In this document: one piece after another, positions 13,365 to 23,842 of the stretch
Layout: every line of letters starts with the position of its first letter
How positions within the stretch are numbered: position 1 is the stretch's first letter
NCBI GenBank assembly: GCA_030704615.1
Contig: CM060732.1
Location: 5,022,001-5,086,000, forward strand
DNA from: Takakia lepidozioides
Lineage: Eukaryota > Plantae > Bryophyta
Direction of reading: 5' to 3'
Length of the DNA stretch: 64,000 nt
Made by a program: the position numbers and the translations under genes
Notes under the pieces: generated by a model
The model's database searches: none
What the model was told of the DNA's origin: nothing
The model's input: the letters and a program-made list of their open reading frames with translations, nothing else

Positions 13365-14384
13365 CTGACCGTGCGCCACAACAAGTACGTGTTGGTGATG
13401 GTGGAGCACTTCTCCAAGTGGATTGAATTGGTTCCATTGCCTGATAAGGCTAGTGAGGGAGCTGCGTATGCATTCTTGGATTGTGTGCTTAGCCGATTCG
13501 GTGCTCCAACTGAGGTACTCACGGACCAAGGGAGAGAGTTCTTGGGGGAGTTTTAGGCTTTGTGTGACAAGGCCTTGATAGACCACCGCACCACTTCTCG
13601 GGATCATCCTGAGGCCGATGGCTTGGCAGAGAGAGTTGTTCAGACAGTAAAGAGGGGTTTGCACAAGTATGGCTTGCAGAAGGGACACCTAGGAGATTGG
13701 GACCTTCAGTTACCCTGGTTAGCCATGGGCTACAGGTTCAGCAAGCAAGCATCACTTGCCTTCTTCTCACCATACTTTCTTCTCTTTGGCTGAGAGCCGG
13801 ATTTGCCTACATCCATTCCCAGAGAAGCTGCTACAGTTCTTACCCTTGACGATCCGGACGTGTAGGCACGTGCATGTGAGCAGTGTGCAGAGTTGTTCAA
13901 GAGAGTCATGCCCATGGCTTTCGAGAAACTTGCCATTGCACAACACCGTGATACGTTGAGGTATGCTACCATACGTGGTGGGGGCTATCGTCCTGGGGTT
14001 CAGAGATTCAACCCTGGTGACTATGTCTATCTACAGCAAACTGCTCCTACGACCTTGGATGTGACTGCAGGACGTGTTATTTTGAGGGTTCGAGAGGTTT
14101 TGCCCTTAGGCGTCTTGGTCTTGGAGGGTCGGGATGGCATAACTTGGAAGGACCATGTGCGTAATTGTGCGCCATGTCACCTTCCGAATATCGATGGCAG
14201 GATAGACCCAAACTTGGCAGTGGTATCTGCAGGTTTGAGGTGCATGTTGTGTGGGTCTGCTAGAGGGGCAGCCACCATGCTGGTGTGTGATCGATGCTCT
14301 AGAGGTTGGCATATGGGATGCTTGACTCCACCTCTTGAGATGGTTCCGGATGGGGATTGGTTATGTCCACATTGCATTGGATAG
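13365..14384 (+). pseudogene. Ty3/Gypsy integrase core with C-terminal PHD finger (right half of the interrupted element)
   Basis: VLTDQGREF and ADGLAERVVQTVK (DDE core, with in-frame stops). Ends CMLCG...MLVCDRCSRGWHMGCLTPPL..VPDGDWLCPHC, a C4HC3 PHD finger. Confidence 0.9.
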
Positions 14385-14633
14385 TGGGAGTGGATACAAC
14401 CATGGAAGGCTAACAAGAAACGCAAGGCCCAGTTACTATGAGACCTTGAACACACGAGGTCCTGGCTCAAGTTCACAGATTGCAAGACGGCGACTAACGA
14501 TGGGGCTACTCTTGTACACGGCCTCTTGGTCTATAGGGTTTGAGTGCAATAGGGACAGTGATAGAGGACTTAGTACAGCTGTGGCTATTACATCTTGTAG
14601 CTATCTGGAGGTAGAGGAACCTATCCACCAGCT

Positions 14634-14700
14634 AGGGGGGCGATTGTGGCAGACTACTTTATTGTGCATATATGTGTGGTGTGGTTTGGACAGCGATGTA
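14634..14700 (+). mobile_element. Probable PPT and start of the 3' LTR of the PHD-integrase element
   Basis: AGGGGGGCGAT is followed by TGTGGCAG at 14645, ~260 bp after the pol stop. The LTR end was not found. Confidence 0.5.
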
Positions 14701-16139
14701 GTTATGTAGCGATACGTATGCGCACGACATCATCTTCGGCGTCCGTCTCTCCCTCAGATGCAGTCTCCTCCTCACTAGTTCTTGGAAGTATGGTGGGCTG
14801 CTGTTCTTCTCCAGAATCCTCCATCGCCAGACTTTCCTCTTTGCCCTCTTCTTCCTCCTTTTCCTCTTCGTCTACTCTTTCCATCCTCATTCTATATCTG
14901 GCTCTATTCCTATCCCTAGTGCTCGTGAGGTATAACGACTTCCTTCTCTTCCTCCTCCGCTGGAAACAAGGGCTCCCCACGCTGCCTCTAGAGCTCTCCA
15001 GTTTGACGTTTGCAACAAGGGTTACTATGGCATGTAACCAAAATAAAAATTTGACATTGTTAACCGTATTTGGATGCGGGTGTTATCATTGTGTGCGAAC
15101 GGAATTCATCCATTTCGGCGTCTTTGTATTATCCAAGAAATAAAGTGGTAGATAAAAAGTACATCCGTTGCATGTACTTGTGATATATGTCAGATGTACT
15201 TCGCCGCCTGCCAATACATGGCAGCCTTCTTGCATTCTTTCAAATTCGGAAGTGCCGTAGAAATCTAATGCTAGTTCAATTTCGAGCAATACTTGCAGAT
15301 TCACAATAATTGTTATGCTTCACATATGCATCCACGTGTGTTGTACTGCCTACCCTGTGGTTTGCATTTCACCGTCACCGTCGCAATAGGGTCATTCGGT
15401 ATAAGGGGTTGTGTCGGTAATGGTCATGTGTTGCTCACATTTGTGCGAGGTGTGTCCCGGAGTGTCAGTGTTTGTGCTGTGCTCTTCTGGCTTAGTACAA
15501 CCTCATTAGATTCGGGGTCTTCCTGTTTACTGCTCTCCAGGGTTGTTGCCGTCTTTCCATAATGGATGGTTTCATGTCATGTTCAAGGTTTGTTTTTCAT
15601 CCAAATACAACACGGCTTCTTGTGGCTTCTTGTCTTTGAAAACAATTTTTCTGATTGGTGTCTCTCAGTGTGGTTGTCTGCGAAGTTCGGTGCATGTCAT
15701 TCCTACATCCTTTGCATGCATCGCTTGCAGTCTTTGGGTTAGTGCTACCCTTATTGACCTCAGTTTGTTTGTCAAGGATCCCCTTTCGAGAATTACGGGC
15801 TATTAGTTCGGGGATTCCGTTGTGAATCGTAACTTTTGGTCAGTGTAGGAAAACATGTCCAGGGAGCGAGATAGACTCGCTCGATTTCATTCCAATGCAG
15901 GCAGTCTTCCACTCACTGCCACTGCAGACGACGATGGGTTTGCAATTGTTCATGAGGATGAGCTGGTTATAGTGTTACTGCTAGAATTGGGTTCTTTGCT
16001 TGTTCAAAAAGAGGTGTAGGACGTGTCAGAAAAAAAAAAAAAAAACCCATATAATATTCATTGTTTGAAGTAGAAATTGTAGTTTTGAGAGCCGTGCTCA
16101 TGATATTTCGATTTCCGCTCATGCGAAGTCCGAGCGACA

Positions 16140-16470
16140 TCTGCAAAAATGGCGCCGAATTTTGCGGTAATAGGTTCCGCAAGCAGAAAAATCGGCGACG
16201 TATTGCTCATAAATAGGTGACTCCGGCGAAAAATGGTGCCGAATTTCGCGGTTATAGGTCCTAACTTCATTGAAGTGTAAGCCCAAAATTTGGAAATGTG
16301 GCGCCGAATTTCGGTACATGGTTCCAGGCATTGCACAAATGTTGGGCAGTTCTGGGCCATGTCACTGGAAATTCGGCGCCATTTTTCCAGACATCGTCTC
16401 CAGACAATGTTGGGACTTAGCCAGTTTTCGGCCCAAAAAAGTGAAATTCGGCGCCATTTTTCCAGAAATG
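16140..16470. repeat. Palindrome-motif array 1 (~5 copies of AAAATGGCGCCGAATTT, both orientations)
   Basis: Copies near 16145, 16229, 16297, 16368 and 16443. Spacers resemble those in the 26620-27340 array. Confidence 0.85.
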
Positions 16471-16737
16471 GCCCCCTCAACTGCACTTGTTGGAACTCAG
16501 TTTTCTGGAAGATTTGCAAATTTTTCCTGCCGCCATCTTTGAATTGATTCTGTTTCGACATTGAATTGCCACTGGACGTACGGATATCCAACAGTCCCTA
16601 GTGTTTAAAAGACATCACTTTAATATTGTCTGTCTCATTCCAGGAGTTTTGGGGTGCAATTCATTACACTGCAAAACAAAGTCTAATGCATAAAAATGCA
16701 ATTGCAAATATCCATATGGTGGATTCCCTTTTCCCCA

Positions 16738-19700
16738 TCAATGATTTCTGGAATCTCGGTGGAGGAGTTTGTGCAGCTCGTTCACGCTCAACGCTGGTGC
16801 ATGAATAAAGTCATCAATAGTCAAGTTCATCCTCAACCTCTTCAGGTAAATGTAATAAAGATGCTTGCACGGATAATACTTTGACCCCTTCTTTGCTTCC
16901 ATCAACGAGAAGTCCGTACAATTGCAAGTCGGCTACACTCCAATCGTAATTGTGTATACGTCGTCGCGTACAGCTGAGCCGGCCGTCGCCATCCGATAAA
17001 CACGCCCAAGGCCGGGTGGGGGTACGTCCACGGAGCTCTGAATAGTGCAAGCCATCCCAAGAGCATTGGCAATCCGAGTCTCATTCAACTTGTTGGGAGG
17101 GTGTCGTCTCTTCACTCTTCCGAATCGCATTGTGGGATGTGCAGAATTGTCCAATCCGTCTCTACTGGACGGAGCAGCCTGCAATGGCTGGGTCTGAGGA
17201 ACTGGAAACGAGTGGGCCGGGACATCTGTGCGTTGCACCATTCAAAATCCTGTTGCAGAAAGAGCATCCGCCTCATTCTGAGAGAGGTTGCAACCCGGTG
17301 CAACAGGCCAGAGGCCCGGAGGCTCCGGCATTCCCTGAATCCCGTACTTGGGCTTGCCAAATACACAGGTCATTATGTCGTGCCTACAGAACCAAAACGT
17401 CTGCGTTGTGGCGTGAGAGAATGTGGGAGTCAAAAATCTGCTGCTGAAGCAAGGTGCAGGTACAGCACCGTGTTGGTTCCTCCAAATCATCTCACCACAA
17501 CGTGCTCTCGTATCCACCCGGATGGCGTAGCACTTTCCTCAAAATGCTGGCAATGTCCTTGCAATTCTCCACTGTGACTCCGACACTCTTGTCTCCACAA
17601 TGGGTATGTTGTACTGCGTTACTACAGATGGCTCAAAGGAGATGACGATCTTGAACGTGCAGGACTTGCGGTGCTCGAGGAGACCTCCTCGGGCAACATC
17701 ACGGGACCACGCGGGAGTGTGCGAATATTCTTGTCAGCTCGCCATGAATCCTCTTCTCCGCCAGGTGCCTCGTCAAGTCTTCGTCTCACTAGACGGGTGT
17801 GAACATCTCCTTCCAAGTGTTGGCCTCTTCGAAGCAATGGCGTGTCCCGAAGGCCCTCTTGCAAGGCTGCCGTCCACTTGCGCGGATTCTTCGATCTGGA
17901 GGCAGTCCGCATCAAACATTTCCTGCCTGTCCGGCCCCAAGCCCCACTGTTTCCCTTTCAAGAACTCGTTGTACCTGCATTGCTGCATAATTGACCTCAC
18001 AATGTCCTCCGTTATGGCAGTGAGGATGTCCACCAGATGTGCCGCAGAGGAGGCACGCCAGAAAGAATGTACTGATTCGGCCATGTTTGTTGTCGGCATG
18101 TCGGTGTCGGAGTCCAGACACATTTCCTGCACATGTACATGTTGAGGTTACAAGCAAGTTACAAAGAACGAGTAGCATAATATTCAACGTGACGCAAATT
18201 CGTCCAACTCACCTCCCGCATATAGTCGCCGAACTGGAGGAAACGATAATGCCACCATGCTAGCTAACTGACCATTGCTCCCTCGTCTTATTTCTTTAGA
18301 GCACCTGACGTTGTCCACCAAGCCCGTATACATGCAAATTGTGTCTCTGCATCATCCAAGGTGGGAGCACGCTTCCACGCAAGACACATGGAACGGTGCT
18401 CCTCTCTAAAATCTGGCGCCACGAGCCGGGTTGTGTACTGCGACAAGCTCTGCAGAAAATGGAACCCACAAGATCTCTCCTTGCCTTCCATCGGAACATT
18501 GGGGTCTTCCCCGTACACCCTTCGGATGGCAGCCCAATTTGCTTGTGCGTTGTCCGCCATGAAACCACGGAAATTGGGAGGGGGCAATCCTGCCCTGGCC
18601 ATCTGTTCGTTTATTCCCTGCCAAAGAAACATCTCCGATTGTGTGTCCTCTCTTTTCATCTCACAAATAGTAATTGTCATTAGCATCCTGCAGTGGGTGT
18701 CGTAGACATGTGCAGCCATTGTCACCCACTGGTGATTTGTAATTCGCTTGATATGGTTGAACATGACCCAACTGTTTGACAAGTCCCCACTCGTCATCCG
18801 GTCGACCAGTTCGACGCCGCTGCCAGGCCCACACGTGGACATTTCAAATACGAAACAACGATCTGCCTCAGTCCCTTGTCCATGAAACCTACTTCCATGA
18901 ATGTAGTTATATCCACATCGTCGCTTCACCTCCAGAATGGAGTGCATATCCGAGCCACGCCCAATTTTATGTTTGCAGGAGACAATGTGGTTTCGGACAT
19001 TCGGTGAAGAGACGTGGGACACCGACTCCAGCAATGCCTCCATTTCCTTCTCATCGAGAGGAACTCTGTCGGAGCCGTCTTCCGACATAATTCTGGCCAA
19101 TGCCATCTTATGGGCGGCCTGCAGCTGTATCTGTTTGGGTTTGGCACCAGGTCTCAACCTAACCTCCTCCTGAACGAGCTGCTCTGCCTCGTGGGCAGCC
19201 TCCCGCGAGTTCCCCCTCGCCAATTTGTGACAATGGGAACCAACGTATATGCAAGCTCGTGTGAGGTCAGGGAAACAATGCAACACATAGAACTGCTTGG
19301 CATTACAAACAGACATGCAATGTGGTGGTTCTTTGCAATGCGCACACTTAAATGTGGAGTTTGGAACCTTCTCCTGAGCTCGAAATGGTTGATGAGCTGT
19401 GCTTGTCCAATCCGTCTCGTTCCTGTGACCTCTGGATTTAAAGTGGAAGCAAGTTGGGGAGAAACACCGCAACGCGCCCGCACAAACAACGTAGCGCACC
19501 CGCACACCATCGAGCATCTTCATGCTGGTGGTTTTGGTGACGCACCAAGGATGGCCGTCATGTTTCCTATCCATATCTGTCAACATTCCGGACGCCCTCG
19601 AATAGTCCGTTCGAGGAGGGAACTCAAAGAACATATTACCGTCGACGTCTGCGGGAAGGCATGTAACGGATTTAATGGCGAACTTGCTGTAGTCCAGCCC

Positions 19701-20300
19701 AGCCAGCTCCAAGCGGTGTCCCTCCATGTGAAGCCCTCGCAGAATTTCAAGAATGGATCGAACTGCTGTGTTCATGCTGGGAATATGACTCCCTCGTCCG
19801 CTGATGTCCATTGAGGACTTGCCTGATCTCCAGGATGATCTCGGAACTTCCATGATCTCGTCGGAGTCGGACAGGTTGTGAATTACCCGGTTCTCGCTTG
19901 TCTTCATTGATGGGTTCGGCTCTGGATTTACTTCGTTGCGGACTTCTCTCTTTGAGGTACCCACTCTCTGATTCGCTGATTGTTTCGTGGAAGGCGGCAG
20001 GATAGAGGGCGCATTTGGGGGGCAAATGAAGTCCCCAACAGCCCTGTATATGTCGCTGTCCGATGGTGGAACTCGCCATTCCCTGCCGTCGCCGAAATCA
20101 TCGTGGAGCACAACAATACTTTCGACTACAACTCCGTTTGAATCCTTCATTTCCTCCTCCAAAAATATCGACCCCGGTATCAGGTGGTATCGAACGCAGA
20201 GATATTTCTCCATCACCCGGCAGATCTCCCCTCTGCACGGAAATGTAGCTCTATGCTCGTGAGGAGGGCAATACACTATAGCGCTCGGGTTTTCGGCCAT
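16738..20300 (-). pseudogene. MULE/Mutator transposase pseudogene: GCM-like Zn DNA-binding domain, DDE domain, C-terminal SWIM finger
   Basis: GHPW...CAGALRC...C...CAHC...C...GSHCH (WRKY-GCM1-like). DDE positions MF(N)HIKR, FMADNAQA and PTTNMAES, plus CGFHF (CxxH). GT-AG intron 18212-18127. SWIM CNCTDF...PCKHLYY before the stop at 16738. Several in-frame stops and frameshifts. Confidence 0.88.
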
Positions 20301-20749
20301 GGGAGTTGTGCACACAAGACTGCCAGGACGGCGTTCGGACAAGCGCCCTGGGAGAAGGGGGGATGCAGCGAGGGGAAGGAATGCAGGGCCAATTTTTGCA
20401 AGCGACGAAGCCTATTCACGAATCCGGGGAGCCCACTCTCCCGAAATTCCACTATCAGAGAGTTAATGAACCTTGTTTGCGGAATGCGGCCCTTGGCCTT
20501 TGCGCAATAACTGCCAACGGTATGCAGTCAGAAGGTATATGACCTGTGCAGATGCGCTACGCAAACCAATCATTACGGCGTCTGACAAGAAGCGTGGGGG
20601 CGCGAGCGTGCAAGCACCTTCCCCATGGACAGAGGGAACTGACGGAGGTGGCATTCCAGTGGGTCTGATTACAAGATTGAGTGCCAGAACATCGCCGCCA
20701 ACAACAGCGGCGCTGAATTTGCATTCGAGGCCGGTCGGACGATTTCGTC

Positions 20750-22910
20750 TCCAGGGTGGAAAAACGGCACTCGGATGGAAAAACGGCGCCGAATTTCCAT
20801 CCGAGGCCCGTTGGATGAAGTCGTTTCGGGGGGAGAGGCCGACACTTGGCCGACAGAGAACATCCCCCGGATGGAAAAACGGCACCGAATTTCCATCGGA
20901 GGCCGGCCGGATGAAGTCGTTTCGGGGGGAGAGGCCGACAATTTCTCGACAAAGAACATCCCCCGGATGGAAAAACGGCGCCGAATTTCCATCAGAGGCC
21001 GACACCTGCTCGACAGAGAACATCCCCCGGATGGAAATTCGGCGCCGGATTTCCATCCGCCCGCGCTCCGAATTACCTGGCGGATGGAACTTCGGCGCCG
21101 AATTTCCATCCGTCCGCGCTCCGAATTACCTGCAGGATGGAAATTCGGCGCCAGATTTCTATCCGCCTGCGCTCCGACTTACCTGCAGGATGCAAATTCG
21201 GCGCCGAATTTCCATCCGCCCGCGCTCCAACTTACCGGCAGATGAAAATTCTGATGGAAAAACTCCGCCGATTTTCCATCCGGGGCCGGTCGGATGCAGT
21301 CGGCTCGGGGGGAGAGGCCGTCATCTGGCCGTCAGAGAACATCCCCCGGATGGAAATTCGGTGCCGAATTTCCATTCGGGGCCCCCCAAAGGAACTCGTG
21401 AGGCCAACAACTGGCCGACATAAAACCTCCCCGGATGGAAAAACGGCGCCAAATTTCCATCCGGGGCCGGTCGGATGAAGTCGGCTCAAGCGGAGAGGCC
21501 GGCATCTGGCCGACAGGAAACATCCTCGGATGGAAATTCGGCACCGAATTTCCATCCGAGGCCACCCTTAGGAAGTTGTCTCGGGGAGAGAGGTCGGCAC
21601 CTGGTCGACAGAGAACATCCCCAACATGGAAATTCGGCGCCGGTTTTCCATCCTGCAGGGCACCAGTTTACTTGCAAGATGGAAATTCGGCGCGGAATTT
21701 CCATCCTGCGGGTAAGCAATATCGCAGCCCGATGCAAAACCGGCGCCGAATTCCAACCTTGCAAGTAAACTGGTGCCTGCAGGATGGAAAACCGGCGCCG
21801 AATTTCCATTCGGCATGTAATCGGGAACGCGGCCGGATGGAAATTCGACAACGAATTTCCATGTAGGAAGTAAGCGGGACGGAAAAGCGGCAAGGAATTT
21901 ATCTGTAGCAGACAAGAATTCCTTGAAAAACGTGGCTAAAAGTGGAGTTCAGCTACAAAACTAGAGGTTTTGTGTCTGATTAGACCCAAAAACGCGTAAA
22001 ACTGCATGCAAGGACAGAAAATTGTTCCTGAACGGGCCCCAAACGCAAACATCCGGCCGGCGTCGGATGGAAATTCGGCGCCGAATTTCCATCCGGTGGA
22101 TGTTCTCTGTCGGCCCGCTGCCGACCTCTTCCCCCGAGCCGACTTCATCCGACCGGCCCCGGATGGAAATTCGGCACCGAATTTCCATCTGGGGATGTTT
22201 TCTGTTGGCCAGGTGTCGGCCTCACCCCCCGAGACGACTTCCTGCGGGGGGCCCCGGATTGGAAATTCGGCGCCGAATTTCCATCCGGGGGATGGTCTCT
22301 GTCCGCCCGGTGCCGGCTTCTCCCCTTCAGCCGACTTCATCCGGGCGGCACCGCATGGAAATTCGGCGCCAAATTTCCATCCGATGGCTGATCTCTGTCG
22401 GCGACGTGTCCGCCTGCGGGGGGCCCCGGATGGAAATTCGGCGCCGAATTTCCATCCGGGGGATGGTCTCTGTCCGCCCGGTGCCGGCTTCTCCCCTTCA
22501 GCCGACTTCATCCAGGCGGCACCGCATGGAAATTCGGCACCGAATTTCCATCCGGTGGCTGATCTCTGTCGGCGACATGTCCGCCTACGGGGGGCCCCGG
22601 ATGGAAATTCGGCGCCGAATTTCCATCCAATGGATGTACTCTGTCGGCCAGGTGCCAGCCTCTCCCCCCGACACGCCTAGTGACGGCGGCCTCGGATGGA
22701 AATTCGGCGCCGAATTTCCATTCGGGGATGTTTTCTGTCAGCCAGGTGTCAGCCTCTCCCCCCAAGACGACCTCCTGCCGACATCATTGGATGGAAATTC
22801 GGTGCCGAATTTCCATCCGTCCACAACGTCTCGGCCGGAGAGATGGCCACGTTGCATCCTACTTGATCCGCTGGATGGAAATTCGGCGCCGTTTTTCCAT
22901 CCAGTGGGCT
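20750..22910. repeat. Palindrome array 2 (~26 copies of GGATGGAAATTCGGCGCCGAATTTCCATCC) between the divergent genes
   Basis: Perfect 30-bp palindrome (38 bp at ~22424-22461) at 53-96 bp spacing. About 16 copies in 20770-21860 and about 10 in 22065-22905, with spacers in opposite orientation in the two blocks. Confidence 0.95.
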
Positions 22911-23842
22911 AATAATTTCTATGTGGGAGGGTGGGCGACTTGGGGCCTACGGCCGACCTCCATACTCCTCCATTTAACAGCGCAGTTGCGCATTTAATGT
23001 CCGCCGTCAGTTTTCAACTGGACTGTCCGCACTGATTCTGTGCTACCGCCGTCGGATACCCCAAACCCTGATGTGGCGGGTGGATGAAGTTCCACTCGAT
23101 GCCAATACGCACGCATTTTCCGTGCGATATTTTCTTTTGCAGGGACTTATGCGGTGTGGAGAAGGGCGTGGCTCTCCTGAGAGAAACCCCACATGCAGAC
23201 CGCGCCGCAAACTGAAGCCTTTGTACTACGGGCGGCGTCCAGCGTCTGGCATGGCCAAACTGAAGCTCCAGCAGGAGATCCCCTTGTCTTGCTCGCAGCC
23301 CGCGCCAACTGAAGCCGAGCACTCTCAGGCAAGCCCCTTCCTCTTTCCATTTCTGTAACATGTGCGGTCTTCTCCGCGTTGTTTTTTTGTTTTGGCATCT
23401 TCAGCCTGGCATCCTTGGAAGTGGAAGTGGAAGAGGACGTTCATGATTGCATCGACTTGGTGAGAAGAATGATGAAGGGGAGAGGGGTTAGAAAGGAGCC
23501 AGGTCGTTGCTGCATTGAGATTTGCAACAGGATGCACACCATGACAGGTTGCATCTCAGAATGAAGGAAATCCATGCTGGGCTGAGAAGATTGTCTAGGC
23601 ATATCAAGTGCCTTGAAAAGCCTGTTTTCCCCTTTTGTGAAATCGTCCTTACATTTCCATGTTTATTTCTGCAAGTTACTGGTTGAGTGAACCATTGATA
23701 GTTTGCAATGCGTGTGATTGTTAGGCTGCTTCGGCATGTGATTGTTAGGCATTCATTGGGTTTGTTTTCATTGTTGGTCCACGATTGTTGCCATGGTGGT
23801 TTAGGTTGCCATGGTGGTTCTGACGATTGTTGGGGATGACAG

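Noticed and set aside
14702-15810. Acidic ORF 14702-14980 and degenerate minus-strand frames up to ~15800
   Set aside because: Low complexity or stop-ridden, with no recognisable domain; cannot be assigned.
16045-16130. Possible left end and TSD of the large MULE (CATATAATA versus CATAGAAGA)
   Set aside because: Two mismatches in 9 bp and no inverted copy of the terminal GGGGGCTGCTATTTC. The left boundary remains undefined.
20750-22910. CRISPR-like appearance of palindromic repeats with spacers (also 4125-5535, 26620-27340, 48570-49245)
   Set aside because: Spacers are homologous to each other and variable in length, the context is eukaryotic, and no cas genes are present.
20463-22997. Many overlapping ORFs (MEIRRRISIR / WKFGAEFPS / DGNSAPNFH repeats)
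   Set aside because: These are artefacts of the stop-poor palindromic repeat read in all six frames. The same applies to ORFs over the other arrays.
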